A stretch of 64,000 nt of DNA. It comes from Mustelus asterias. Lineage: Eukaryota. The stretch is from positions 1,612,001 to 1,676,000 of the forward strand of contig NW_027590120.1 of assembly GCF_964213995.1 (NCBI RefSeq). Reading direction: 5' to 3'. Under the pieces are notes generated by a model. It did no database searches. It was not told where the DNA came from and saw only the letters and a list, made by a program, of their open reading frames with translations. The translations under genes and the position numbers were made by a program. Shown in pieces: positions 12,200 to 24,810 of this stretch. The number at the start of each line of letters is the position of its first letter. The stretch's first letter is position 1.

Positions 12200-12285
12200 G
12201 AGCGGCATTTAAATACCCGGCTGAAGGGCGCGACTTTCCAGCCTTTTGATTCCCTGGTGGAGGCGGCGATTGGATCCACGTCCCA
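12200..12285 (-). promoter_or_regulatory. Putative VH promoter (TATA-like and CCAAT)
   Basis: GTATTTAAAT lies about 90-100 nt and CCAAT about 155 nt upstream of the leader ATG. This is positional inference only. Confidence 0.4.
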
Positions 12286-12847
12286 TCTTCCATGCGCCCA
12301 ACACAATGGACTCTGACATTTACAATGCATTGTTATTAAAATTGACCTTTTATTGGTATAGGGAAATTGGTTTGACTGAATAGATTCACTGTAATGTCCC
12401 ATTTCTAATGGTGATATTGCAGTTAATCGTCTCTGCTTTAAAAACGCTGATTCTATTGTAAATGTAATTATTTAATTTCCGCACCCTTTAGCAAGCAGAT
12501 AAAACTAAACTGAATTACGTTTTCAGAGAATAAAGAGACCATCCGTCTATTTTGCAACAATGCAGGGTCAATTCAATTCACGCTAATCTGCCCCACACAG
12601 CATTTAGCAGCAATCCAGCCGGTTGCCAAACGCCCAAAGTTATTCACAGGAAACATCTGGTGGTGTTTATACTTGCAAATCAAAGATTTGTTTCCTCAGT
12701 ACTGACCGCTTGTCTGTAAAGTCTAAGGGAGATGTGTGGGGGAAGTTTTTCAGGCAGAGAATGTTGGGTGCAAACGTCAAATTCTTAACAGTATCAATGA
12801 GGAATATTCATAAACAAATCTACCTAGCAACAAGACTGGAGGCAATT

Positions 12848-13190
12848 TAGAATCATAGAATCCCTACAGTACAGAAAGAGGCCATTCGGCCCATCGAGTC
12901 TGCACCGACCACAATCCCACCCAGGCCCTACCCCCATATCCCTACATACTTTACCCACTGATCCCTCTAACCTACGCATCTCAGGACACTAAGGGGCAAT
13001 TTTAGCGTGGCCAATCAACCTAACCCGCACATCTTTGGACTATGGGAGGAAACCGGAGCACCCGGAGGAAACCCACGCAGACACGAGGAGAATGTGCAAA
13101 CTCCACACAGACAGTGACCCAAGCCGGGAATCGAACCCAGGTCCCTGGAGCTGTGACGCAGCAGTGCTAACCACTATGCTAACCACTGTG
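12848..13190 (-). mobile_element. HE1-type tRNA-derived SINE
   Basis: tRNA-like head (tggttagcactgctgc..ggttcgattcccgg), core ggtttcctccgggtgctccggtttcctccca, and a CR1-derived tail ending ctatgattcta. Confidence 0.92.
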
Positions 13191-13379
13191 TTACTTTTAT
13201 CAAGTTGTAAACTTTTTTAAACTGTTCCCATTTCTCAGGACAGGAAAGTTAACCAGGTTCTCTGGCACATTGTTAGCAACAATGATGATCTCACCAACAC
13301 ATCAGGACATTGCGATGGTTGGTTGAAAAGAAATACAGGTAGACTGTGAGAGATGACTCAAAGAGAGGACTGATGTTAA

Positions 13380-14850
13380 AGAAAAAGAACAAAGAATAAA
13401 GAAAATTGCAGTACAGGAGCAGGCCTTTTGGCCCTCCAAGCCTGTGCCGATTATAATGTCCCAAAAAAACAAAAGAAGAAACTTTCTGCCCTTACTTGGT
13501 CTGTACCCCTCTATTTCCTCCATATTCATGTACCCACGCAGTTACCTCTTAAATGATGCGAATGTGCCTGCTTCCACCATCTGCTCTGGTAGCGGGTTCC
13601 AGGCACCCAGCACTTTCTGCCTGAAAAACTTTCCGTGCATTCCTCCCATAAATTTTCACCCTTACACCTTGAGCCTGTGCCCCCTTGTAATTGACACTAC
13701 CACCCTTTGAAACAGCCTCTGACTATCCATCATGTCTATGTCTCTCAAAGTTTTGTACACCACTATCAGGTCTCCCCTCAGCCTCCGTCTTTCCAGTGAA
13801 AACAAAGAACAAAGAACAATGAAAATTGCAGCACAGGAACAGGCCCTTCGGCCCTCCAAGCCTGCACCGACCATACTGCCAGACTGAACTTAAACACCCC
13901 CTTCCGGGGATCGTATCTTTCTATTCCCATCCTATTCATGCATTTGTCAAGGCGCCCCTGTCGTATCTGCTTCCACGACCTCCCCTATCAGCGAGTTCCA
14001 GGCACCCAACACCCTCTGTGTAAAACAGTTGCCCGGTCCATCGCCTTTAAACCTTGCCCCTCGCACGTCAAACCTATGACCTCCAGTGACTGACTCTTCC
14101 ACCCTGCGAAAAAGCTTCTGACTATCCACTCTGTCCACGCCCCTCGTAATCTGGTAGACATCTATGAGATCGCCCTTCAACCTCCGTCGTTCCAGTGAGA
14201 ACAAACCAAGTTTCTCCAACCTGTCAGCATCGCTAATGCCCTCCATACCATGCAACATCTTGTTAAATCTATTCTGTACACTGTCCAAAGCCTCCACATC
14301 CTTCTGGTAGTGTGGTGACCAGCATTGAACACTATATTCCAAATCCAGCCTAACTCAGGTTCTATAAAGTTGCAACATGCCTGGTCTCGATGGTGTTGGC
14401 TATGAGCACAGGTTATTATACACTTGGATTTTTTTATACATGACTTGCCAATTTTTAAACTCAATGGCCCGACCGATGAAGGTAAGCATGCTGTATGCCT
14501 TCTTGACGCATTATCTCATATTTGTCCGGAGTAAACTCTATCTTGCATCTCTCCGCCTAAGTCTCCAACAGATTTATGTCCTCCTGTATCCTCTCAACGT
14601 CCTAATCACGATCTGCAAATCCACCAACCTTTGTGTTATCAGCAAACTTACTGATCAAACCAGTTGCATTTTCCTCGGAAACAATCCCAGTTTATTCAAC
14701 CTCCGCTCATAGGCAACACCCTCGAGACCAGGCAACATCGTGATGAAACTTCGTTGCACTCTCTTCAAAGCTTCCACGTCCTTCTAGTAGTGTGGTGACC
14801 AGAACTCCAGGCAGTACTCCAAGTACGGCCTACACAAGGTTTTCTATAGC
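13380..14850 (-). mobile_element. Stacked CR1-clade LINE 3' fragments
   Basis: Repeated LFSLERRRLRGDLI and EY.VQ.WSPHY.KD motifs with aagaacaaag tails. Confidence 0.9.
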
Positions 14851-16024
14851 TGTTGTAATGCGTAAACATGCATATTTGGGTTTTTTTTCTCCCTTTGTTT
14901 TCAGGGGCTGTGGGATCACTGTCAAGACCAATATTCCTTTCCTGCCCCTAACTGTTCATGAATTGAGCGCTTTGCTACGGCATGCCATAAGACATTGAAG
15001 GGTCAGCCATATTGTGGTCCGTCTGGAGGCACGTCTTGGTGAGAGCAGGTAGGGATGGCGGATTTTCTACATTGGGGAATGAGAGAGGATTCCCTGGTCA
15101 CCATCGGTATATCTTCCAGATTGTTTCATTTCAATCTCACCAGCTGCCACTGTCGGATTTAAACCCCTATCCCCACATCATTGATCTGAGCCTCTGGATT
15201 ACGTCCAATGGCATTAATATTACGCCACCATCAACCCAAAAAAATAAACGGATGATTGCGTTGATGCAGGAATGAAAGATAGTTGGGTGCCTGAAAACCT
15301 GAATTGAGAAATCAGTGAATTAATTGATGGATGCGTCGGTAGATGTCCCTGAAAGATGGTGTTCTACATTCCCATATTTGTACTTGACTACCTCATAAGT
15401 TGAAGCAGCTCCTTTATTCTATTTGTGTCTGTTTAATACCTTCCACTCATCCAGTTTTTTCTGGGTGAAATCCATCCCTAGGTTATCGGGAGCTAGCATT
15501 CATTAAGAGATGGAGGAGATTTTTCGGCGGGACTGATGGTTCTTTACTGATAGTGAAAATATTCATTTCCAAGATAAAAATAAGGGAAAATTATTAGGTT
15601 AAGGAGGCCATATATTTGGAACTTGTGGTCCTTTCATGTGCAACAAATCATTGAGCATATCCTCAGTGGCAATAGAAACATTCCCAAATAGTTTAACAAT
15701 TAGTCGGGATTTTAAGAATCAACAACCTAGTCTAATGTACAGGGTTTTTTTTCCACTCATCCTGTCACTTTCAAAATGATCACACGCTCCAGTTATATAT
15801 CAGGAGATTCTGTCTGATGATGAGGGTATTACTTGCCAATAAAGCGCAGAGGCTGCCGAGTAGCTGGTCATTGTCCTCGGTCTGAATTAATTCCATTTCT
15901 CACTGAGTTCTGGGACAGAATTAATTCCTTGGTGACAGAAATGCCAAAGTGATCTCAATGCATTTCAATGTCAAAAAATTGCATTAAATAAACCACTGCA
16001 TTTCGTATATAATAAAATTCTGAA

Positions 16025-16150
16025 AATAATTGGTGAAATAATTATTTATCTTTGTGAATTGATGGTAATTGGTGAAATAATTATTCATGTTTGTGAACTG
16101 ATGATAATTAGTGAAAACAATGATTTATTTTTGTAAATTATGGTAGTTAT
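16025..16150. repeat. About 39-bp AT-rich tandem repeat, roughly 3 copies
   Basis: Unit is approximately tggtgaaataattatttatctttgtgaattgatggtaat. Confidence 0.65.
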
Positions 16151-16269
16151 AGCATATAGTATGCTATCGTAATCTAAAGTACAGTAATCTATTGAATTTA
16201 TCGGCATTGGTCAATTAAACTTTCTCTCTTTCTGAATTGATGATTATTAATACCGTTTTGCGCCACACA

Positions 16270-16570
16270 AGTGACACGCAACGACATCTCCAACATGAAA
16301 ATTTCTTATAATTGCCCCTTGACATTCAATGGCATTACCAACGCTGAATCGCCCATTTTAAACACGTTCGCGAATACCACTGAGCAGTCCCTGGATGCTG
16401 GATTACCAGATTATTGTTCGGCTAGATTATCAAAACACCTGATAAGCATCCTGTGGCGAATAACTCACTTCTTGACTCCCCAAAACCTGTCCAACATCCA
16501 CAAGTTACAAGTCAGGAGTGTAATGGGATTCTCTCCAATTGGCTGGATGAGTCCTGCGGGAACGATAGGA
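16270..16570 (+). mobile_element. Old non-LTR retrotransposon fragment
   Basis: LTPQNLSNIHKLQVRSVMGFSP..WM, the same family as 50910-51730. Confidence 0.7.
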
Positions 16571-16974
16571 TAAATGTCCATACAATCAGAAAGCGCTCAT
16601 CTCGTTCTGTTTGTGATGCCTTCACCTACCTAGCCCTTAAACTCTATTATTCCCTCACTACATCTCTTTATCTCACTTTCCTCGTTTAACTCAATCCATA
16701 AAACTGTCCCTTTATTGACCATCCTTTTAGTCATCCAATGTCTGGTTGCGCAAAAACATGATACTGCAGATGCATGGGATCTGAAAAAAAAAACATGCCA
16801 GAAACACTCAGCAGTCTTTGAGTATTATTGGAGCGGTGTTACTGTACCAAGTCTTTCTCTGTCACCACGGCAATTGATCCTCTCAGGTTTTGTAACATCA
16901 GATCTTATACTGTTTTTACTGAATTAGGCTATAATTCCGTGGAACCTACAACTGAACTTTTTTTACGTTTTTAC

Positions 16975-17258
16975 TTATTTATTAGAGTCTCAAGTAGGCT
17001 TACATTAACACTGCAATTGAGTTATTGTGAAAATCCCCCAGTCGCCACCCTCTGGCACTTGTTCGGGTACACTGCGGGAGAGGTTAGCATGGAAAATGCA
17101 CAGAACCAGCACATCTTTTGGACTGTGGGAGGAAGCCGGAGCACCCGGAGGCAAATCAATATAGACAGAGACAGAGGGAGAACCTAAGCCAGGAAACGAA
17201 ACCAGGTCGCTGGCGCTGTGAGGCAGCCGTGCTAACCACTGTACCACTATGCCGCCCC
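16975..17258 (-). mobile_element. HE1-related SINE
   Basis: tRNA-like head, SINE core and an aataataaa-type tail. Confidence 0.85.
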
Positions 17259-17931
17259 ACACTTGCTATAGTGCGGCCATGTGTGCGTTTATATTTCACT
17301 GCACATTGAGTTTAGTTTGATTACACTCAATTATTGAGTTTCAATACTTCAATTATTACTGCATTTAACCATGCAATCGTTTTATTGCATATGAATTGTT
17401 TCAGTTATGACTGGACTAGACATGTTTCATTTTATCTTTCTTCCAACACTGTACGTATGTTCATAACGCGATCTGAAGTTTAGTTTATTAATGCACAGTG
17501 CCTTGCTTCTATTTGTGCCCCAATTAATCCTTTCTCGGTTATTGCTACGTTAGACACTGATTACTTTAGGTGGAGTCGCATCCAGTCATGCACTAGGCCA
17601 TGCCTCTTTATATACTACATTTGACTCCTTCTGAGAGATTATTGTCACAGACATTGTATCTATTCACATTACATTCTATGCAGTTTCATTTATTAATACA
17701 CGGGGAAATGCCGCGAGATAAACTACGAGTTTTCATTTCTCGAGTGTTGTTTATCTGCATAAAGTGTCCATTATGTTCCATTAGGCTCCTTCTCGGTTAT
17801 TATGGTGTTCGGCTCTATTTAATTCACTATTAAACGGACGTGTGACTCGATTTGTATTACATTGGGTTCTAATAATAAAACGGAGACTGTCTCAGTTATT
17901 ACTTCTCTACAAAATGCATTTGATAGTTAGT

Positions 17932-17933
17932 GT

Positions 17934-17975
<42 letters not shown>

Positions 17976-17990
17976 AAGGGAGAGAAAGAG
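17932..17990. repeat. (GA)n microsatellite
   Basis: Seen directly in the sequence. Confidence 0.9.
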
Positions 17991-18244
17991 AACTAGTTGA
18001 CTTGATGGATATTAACTTTTAAAAAAATATTATATATGCGTATGGGTGAAAGCTGTCAATCGCCTTTGGTTGGAAAAATACGTTTCGTCTTCTTAATGAC
18101 TATTAGCTGTTGTGCACGATATCTAATCACTCTCGTATTGTGTGTAATATTTGTTTGGAAGCTTGGGGTGAATCTTGTAACATGATCTGATTCAAAAGAG
18201 ACTTAGGAACTGAATAAACGTCTCAATGTTGCAATGCAAATAGA

Positions 18245-18915
18245 CACTAAAGGTTAATTTAGCATGACCAATCCACCGAAGATGCACATCTTTGGGCTGT
18301 GGGAGGAAACGAAGCACCGAGAAAGAAACCCAAGAGGCAGAACGTGCAACCTCACACAGACAGACGCCCAAGGCCAACATTGAACCTGGGTTAGTCGTAA
18401 GAGAGCAGTGTTAGCCATTTTGTAACCATACCACCCCTGTGAGTGCACTTGTATGTGTTAGTGTGGATGTGGTTGCATCTGAAACATATATTTTTTCATT
18501 GTTTACAAAAGTGAGCTGCAATTAACTGTAATTGTCTTTAAGCATGTTATGATAATTTATTGAGTATTCACTTATGGATCCTATGCCTCAGTCAATACCT
18601 AAAGGTAATGAATTGCCCTGGACGCTCCTAAAAGAGATGTTTATTTTATTTTTATTATTCACAAGTAAGGCTTGCATTAGCACTGCAATGAAGTTACTGT
18701 GAAATTGCCGTATTCACCAAACTCCGGCGCCTGCTCGGACCAATGTGCCTAACCAGCACGTCTTTCAGATTCTGGGAGGAAACCGGAGTACCCGGAGGAA
18801 ACCCATGCAGACACGCGGAGAATGTGCGAACTCCACACAGACAGTGACCCAAGACAGGAATCAAATCCGGGTCCCTGGCACTTTGAGGCAGCAGTGCGAA
18901 CCACTGTGCCTTCCG
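18245..18915 (-). mobile_element. Two HE1-related SINE copies (about 18245-18437 and 18645-18915)
   Basis: Both contain SINE core motifs ggaggaaacc(g)ga..acccgga / ctccacacagacagtgaccc. Confidence 0.85.
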
Positions 18916-21549
18916 CTGATAAGGCAATGCATCTTTCAAATGACTGACTGTGCTTGTATTCTCCTCTCTCTGTCTCAGACTGTACCTAAATCAGATAACC
19001 TCTCTTCTCCCTCTCTCTCAGTCCATCAACTGACAAAAACAGGTACCTGCCGGATCTGGCAGCTAGTAGTAAACAATGCTTAAGTTTTTGCTTCAGGTAC
19101 CTTCTCACTGAAAAGATGAATCACAAAATTCTCATCAGAGGAAATTCAGTGAGAGAAACAGACTATTTCATTCACATTACCTGTCCCCTCACTTACCCCC
19201 ACACAACACCTAACACATCTACATTTTTCTGTTCTAGAATAACTCTGTGAGCAAAATTATTGCTTGAATTTTCCTTTTTTTTCTCCAAGTCCCCTTCAGT
19301 TAATGTGTTAAAACCCAAATATTGTCATTGGTTTTATTCTTTAAAATTGGAATGGATGTAAATGTAATGCTGAGAGCGGCAGTAATCTCTCTGTTTTTTC
19401 TTGGTGCTCTCAGAGTGAGTTCACCTTCACAGGCAGGAAGACTGTTCATGGAGATAACATCAAACTGACTCCGGCTGTTTTGAACAACTTGGTGTTTCTC
19501 TGCTGCCGGTTCCAAACCGCACATCTCACTTCTGAGCAGAAAAAAAATCCAGGGGCCACAATCTGATGAGAAGATCTGTCAAGACAGCCGATATCTGTCC
19601 ACAGCGTTAGGGCAGAGTCACAGTAGTCACCTTGCTGTGACAATTACAAATGAGGCTGTTATGATCTATTTAGCGCTTCCATTGCAGGAGATAAGTGAAT
19701 GGTCAGTGGATCAGTCACTGAGCTCCCTCTGTTCTCTGAAGCCGGGAAATGATAGCATAAGTTACCTTCCATTATTTTAACATCCTTTCTCTATCCATCT
19801 CCGTCCTTTACTGAGACTTAATAGAAGAGAATATTTATATAGCTGTCGTCTTGTGCCAATCCTGTCTTTTAACAGAACTTGAGTGTGTTGATAATTGCCA
19901 GGAACAATTCCGATATTCATTCCACTTTACAAATCATCGCTTTCAACAGAATAACACACGATATAAGTTGTTTAGAAAAAGCACAATTACCCTTCATATT
20001 TGATGCACAGTTTTTCCTCCGATGAGGTTTTGAAATTTCAAATTTTAGTCATCGCATGTGCTAAGCTGAAGATTTAAACCTTGTTTTCTGCAAGATGCCG
20101 GATCGGACATTTGTCTGTCTGTGTAAGTGGGGAACTATTGGTAAGAATGAGAAGGAACAGGTGATTTTCTGTTCCTCTGACAGATGCAGCATTGTCGCCT
20201 CAGATATCAAAAATCTCTGGGGTACGCCTTGGGAATATTAACCCTCAGTCAGATTGGAGTTAGTCACTCCTGCGTTTGGCGTGACATTTCTCTCCGTATT
20301 TACCACACAAATCGCTATGTCACTCACAATGACACAGAAACCTGCGTTAAGGCCATAAGAATCACTGTTTCCTTATATCAGCGTCAAGTCTGTCCACAGG
20401 CCCGACAGTCTCTGTTATTGATAGACTTGAGCCGGTTATTCAAATTCTAGCACTCTAACTTTCTACGATTACTTCTGCAAACAGTTTCACAATCAATTCA
20501 GAATAAGGACCTATCTCTGGTTTGGTACATTTGACTCCTCCTAGTTATTATTAGACAAAGTACTTTTCTTTACTGATCACACAAATAACTTTTCTGTTTA
20601 TTCTAAAGTTATAGCAGGTCCAGTCTCTCTTATTCCATGCAGCCCAAATATTGGTTTATATTACTCCCACGAAGAGTTTATGTTACCATTGCACTGGCAT
20701 ATCTGTCTTTATTCATAATTTATAGCATGTGGACGTCGCTGGTTAGGTCAGAATTGGTTGCCTGCTCTTATTGACCCATATAAAGTGGTGATGAGCTGCC
20801 GCCTTGAATCTCTGCAGCCCATATACACCAGCCCCTACTACTTTGTACATTACACAAGGTCTGGTCTCTCTTTATGCTACATGTAATCCTCATTCATTTT
20901 TAAAATCAATTTTTCTAGATTGTACAATCTGCAGGGAGTTCAATCAGTCTAAAATATTTCGGGCGATTACTGTGTGATTTGGAAAGGTAACGTTCAAATT
21001 TGTAGAAACAGAAATATTGCACATTCTCTGGCGAGAAGCAAAGGTTTCCATCCTTTGCATCAATAGCAATAAGAAGTCTGAGAATTCCGAGAGTCTTTAT
21101 CTCTTGTCAAGTACAGCCCAGGAACGTTTTTGCCATCATTTGCGCGTTCGAATTTTGTGTGAGGCCTTTCTGTGAGAGGTTGAGTTAATCATTTGTCAGT
21201 AATCCGCTCCTCATTCACGACGTGATTTAATCAATTTTCCAACTGAGCTCGAAAGACATGAGAGTCGATGCTGGGAACGAAATAGACTATCTGAAATCAC
21301 TCCAAAAGCAACAACGCACAACAGAACGGTTATCAATAAATAATTACATTTTTAAATAATCTTCAATTCAAATGCATGGAGTGATTGGAGTTTTTGTACA
21401 CTCACAGAAGGCAGAAATGGATTGAAGGCTATCACTGGGACAACTGAATGGAAATTGCTACAACAAAGGTCATTTTCTCCATTGAGGGTTATTGAAAAAT
21501 AAGTAAGCGCTCAAATATCTGACGCGGGAAATGATGAAATATTTCATGG

Positions 21550-21960
21550 ACATAGAACCATATAACTCTACAGTGCAGAAAGGGACCATCTGACCCAATG
21601 CTTCTGCATTCCACCTAGGCCCTCGTCTTTGTCATATCCCTTAAACCACGCGCATTTAATATAGCGAATCCATATAACCTACACATCTTTCGACAGTAAG
21701 GGGCAATTTAGCATGGCTAATACACCTAACATGATCATAGAAATCATAGAAATCATAGAAACCCTACAGTACAGAAAGAGGCCATTCGGCCCATCGAGTC
21801 TGCACCGACAACAATCCCACCCCCATATCCCTACATATTTTACCCGCTAGTCCACGCATCCCAGGACACTAAGGGACAATTTTAGCATGGCCAATCAACC
21901 TAACCCGCACATCTTTGGACTGTGGGAGGAAACCAGAGCACCCGGAGGAAACCCACGCAG
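21550..21960 (-). mobile_element. HE1-type SINE 3' portions (two adjacent copies)
   Basis: catagaaatcatagaa tail plus core sequence, 5'-truncated. Confidence 0.85.
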
Positions 21961-23208
21961 TTTTAATAATACAATTTAATAATTTAATAATACAATTTAA
22001 TAATACAAAGAAAAGGCCTAGTACACCAATTATTGACACATCACCTGCACTGATATGAAGGAAGACTGGGTCCAGTTCAGTAGATACTGAAAGAGGGTCA
22101 AGCGTATTAAGAGTGTGTGTTTTTTTTGTAATATAAACAGAGAGGTTCTGTACGAACTGTAACAAAGACAAGATCGATTCTAATGTACACAGAGACAATG
22201 GCCTCCATAATATAAACTGGTGGGCAGTTCCGAAATAGGATCATAAAAGGCACAGGATTTTGCAGCACGGAAAGAGGCCTTTCAGCCAATCGGCCATTGT
22301 ATCCGTTGCAGCCATCAGTCCACAGGACTCGAAATATTAACTCTTTTTCTCTCTCCACAGATGCTGTCAGTACGACTGGTACAGCCCAGCATTTTCAGTC
22401 TTTATTTCAGACTTCCAGTTTCCGCAGTGGATTTTTAAGATTTTTTAAAAGACATTTCAGACCGTGGTCAGAACAAATATGATCTGACTGTAACATCGGA
22501 ATTCGGATGATATTCAACACCTTAAGAAAGCTTTGACTCGATCAAATGCTTCAATAGCTCCCGTTGTTTAATTGGTTTGAGATAATTTAATCCTGGAACG
22601 GAATCTTACGGCGGATAAATATTTGTCGTCGAAACAGGACAGTGAAACAAAGCTTTAGGAAGAATGCAGCAAGAAGATTAACTGGAATTGTTGGATGGTG
22701 CAGTTGAAGGGATTCAAGGCCTCATGGATAAAAGTTCTATAAGATAGCGAGAGGGACGAGGCGGGGTGGGAGTGGGGGGGGGAGGGGGGGGTGGTTGGGG
22801 CGGTGGGGGGCGGGGGGAGAGGGCGAGCAGGTTTCGGGTGGGGTGCACTGTTTGAAATGTTGATCAAGGCGATTTAAAGGGACAGTTGATTCTTTCACTA
22901 GTTCAATGGATTGTTCAGTAACTGTTATTAACATTCCAACATGAGTTCAGTGTTGGTTCACTGGTTGCTAACATCTTAGGGGAATCTCAATGGAGTCTCT
23001 GTAACCAATGTCTTTATGGTAACAGTGATTGCGGGTGTTCCCTTCCAATGAACGACATAAACGGATTACTGGTTAAAAAACAGATATTTATCATTATATT
23101 CCAGCAATTATAACTGAATTGTGAAAATTACAATTAAATTAAAGCTGATTAAAACGATAATAACATTAAGACGGCACTTCACTCTCCATTTCCAGACAAT
23201 TTATATTG

Positions 23209-23360
23209 TAATTTTGCACAGATATCTGTTCAGGTTGCTTCCATTGTGAGTCCCAGACCAGTCATCATACCAGTACGGAGCTTCACCGTAATAGGAAACG
23301 GTGTCTTCAACTCTCACATTTCGAAATTCCAGCCACGATATCTGTTTTGCTTTACTCTGC
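23209..23360 (-). pseudogene. Degenerate V-segment 3' end (NAR-TCR/IgNAR-like FR3) with degenerate 23-RSS
   Basis: ISWLEFRNVRVEDTVSYYGEA matches the L.I..V.VEDTA.YYC FR3 pattern with TGT>GGT. It is followed by PYWYDDWSGT, heptamer CACAATG (23242-23248), a 23-24 nt spacer and GCAAAATTA. The 5' half is unrecognisable. Confidence 0.6.
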
Positions 23361-23763
23361 AACGAGTTAGATTGATGGGCAGGGGATTGGTTCAGGGGTG
23401 CCAATTAAGCATAAATATTAACCCAAGGCTCTGGGATAAATTCCTGACATTCTTCTTTGGCAAAATGACCCTGAGGTCACTGGAATTTCACTCAGATTGC
23501 AGGCGCATTGCATGGGTTATGTATCAGACCAACAAACAAGAAACCGCCAACAATGCAGCACTGCTTCAGTTCTGGTGACAGAGAACTCTTAGCCGGCATT
23601 ATAGTCCTTAGGTTTTCGAAGTGGGTCCCAAACATTGACTTTTTTATTCAGCTGACGGACATAAAGTGGCATGTACTGAGACATTAGGATGGAAGGCAGA
23701 CAATGGTGGCAGGTAATGTGTAATGAGGCTTTAACTGAGAAAAGCAAACGTTTCTATAGTCTT

Positions 23764-24665
23764 TCACCGTTTCAGAAAACCTTTGAGGGTGGCGAACGGA
23801 GACATCAACAGGTTCTTGATCTCTTCCCTGAATCTGGTCTGAATCACTGCGTAAATGAAGATGTTAGTACAGGAGCTAAGTAGTTGCAGCATGTTGGTCG
23901 TCTCCTGAAGGATGTACTGCGGGTCATTGAAATCCAGGCCGGTGAAGTATGGCTCACCCGAAATCTGTACGTAGAGGAAATGACCGACATATATGACCCA
24001 CAGGAGGAGGAAGCTGAGGGAGATGGCGAAAAGCAGGACAATAGACCGCTTGCGGGTTTCCATCTCCATGTCTCCCCGACTCTCGGAACCCCGGAGTCTC
24101 CTGCGGGCCCTGCTGGCTGCTAAGATGTGCCTCACAGTCAGAGCGTTGAGCAGCAGGATCAGGAAGAATAGAAACAATGGTGTTAATATGCGGTCTAGCC
24201 AGAGATAGGCCTGCCAGATGGTTAACGTGTAGAAGGTGGACTTGATATCACAGAACCAAGGCACCCCGTCTAGGATATACAAGGGCTGATAGGTGAAGAA
24301 GAAAGGGATGTTTTTGACACAGCTCAGTGCACAGACTATTCCGATAACCAGCAATGCTGTTTTCTCGGTGCAGTATATGGTCTTCAGGCTCTGGCAGCAG
24401 ATGGCCACAAAACGGTCGATGGTGAAGGCTACAGTCAGCCAGACGGACCCATCACGGGTGGTATATACCAGGACGCTGCTGACCGTGCACCCGGGGGTGG
24501 TGGAGAGGACACTATATCGAAAGTAAATACCACCAATCCGGTTGAGGATGACAGCAGAAATCATAACCAGGAAATCAGTCACCGCGATTGCCACCAGGTA
24601 GTAGGTGATGCACTGGGACAGTCCACGCCGTCCTCTGGATAGGATCACGATAGCCATCAAATTGG
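23764..24665 (-). CDS. GPR139/GPR142-like class A GPCR, exon 2
   Basis: cttacag|ANLMAIVILSRGRRGLSQCITYYLVAIAVTD, with TIDRFVAICC (DRY equivalent) and SSCTNIFIY (TM7). Multiple hydrophobic helices are open to TGA. Confidence 0.93.
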
Positions 24666-24810
24666 CTGTAAGGGAGGGTTAAAAATGTTGAAAATCTGAT
24701 TCCAAACATTAGGCCTTTCTTTTCGGATCCTGGTCAGGGCATTATCGTTTGAATTGAAGCCCACAAACCTCATATTTAACAGAAGATCTACACCAGAAGG
24801 TTTCACGTTT

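Noticed and set aside
15300-15890. Faint leader-like and C1-domain-like words on the minus strand (KEPSVPPK, GFHPE..EWKV)
   Set aside because: There is no consistent frame, conserved Cys pair or valid splice phase.
19590-19640. Candidate D-segment RSS (cacagcg/cacagta)
   Set aside because: There is no credible nonamer at 12 or 23 nt and no paired flanking RSS.
22980-23090. Candidate D segment downstream of the NAR-TCR-like V
   Set aside because: The heptamers are too degenerate, and the spacer lengths do not fit the 12/23 rule.
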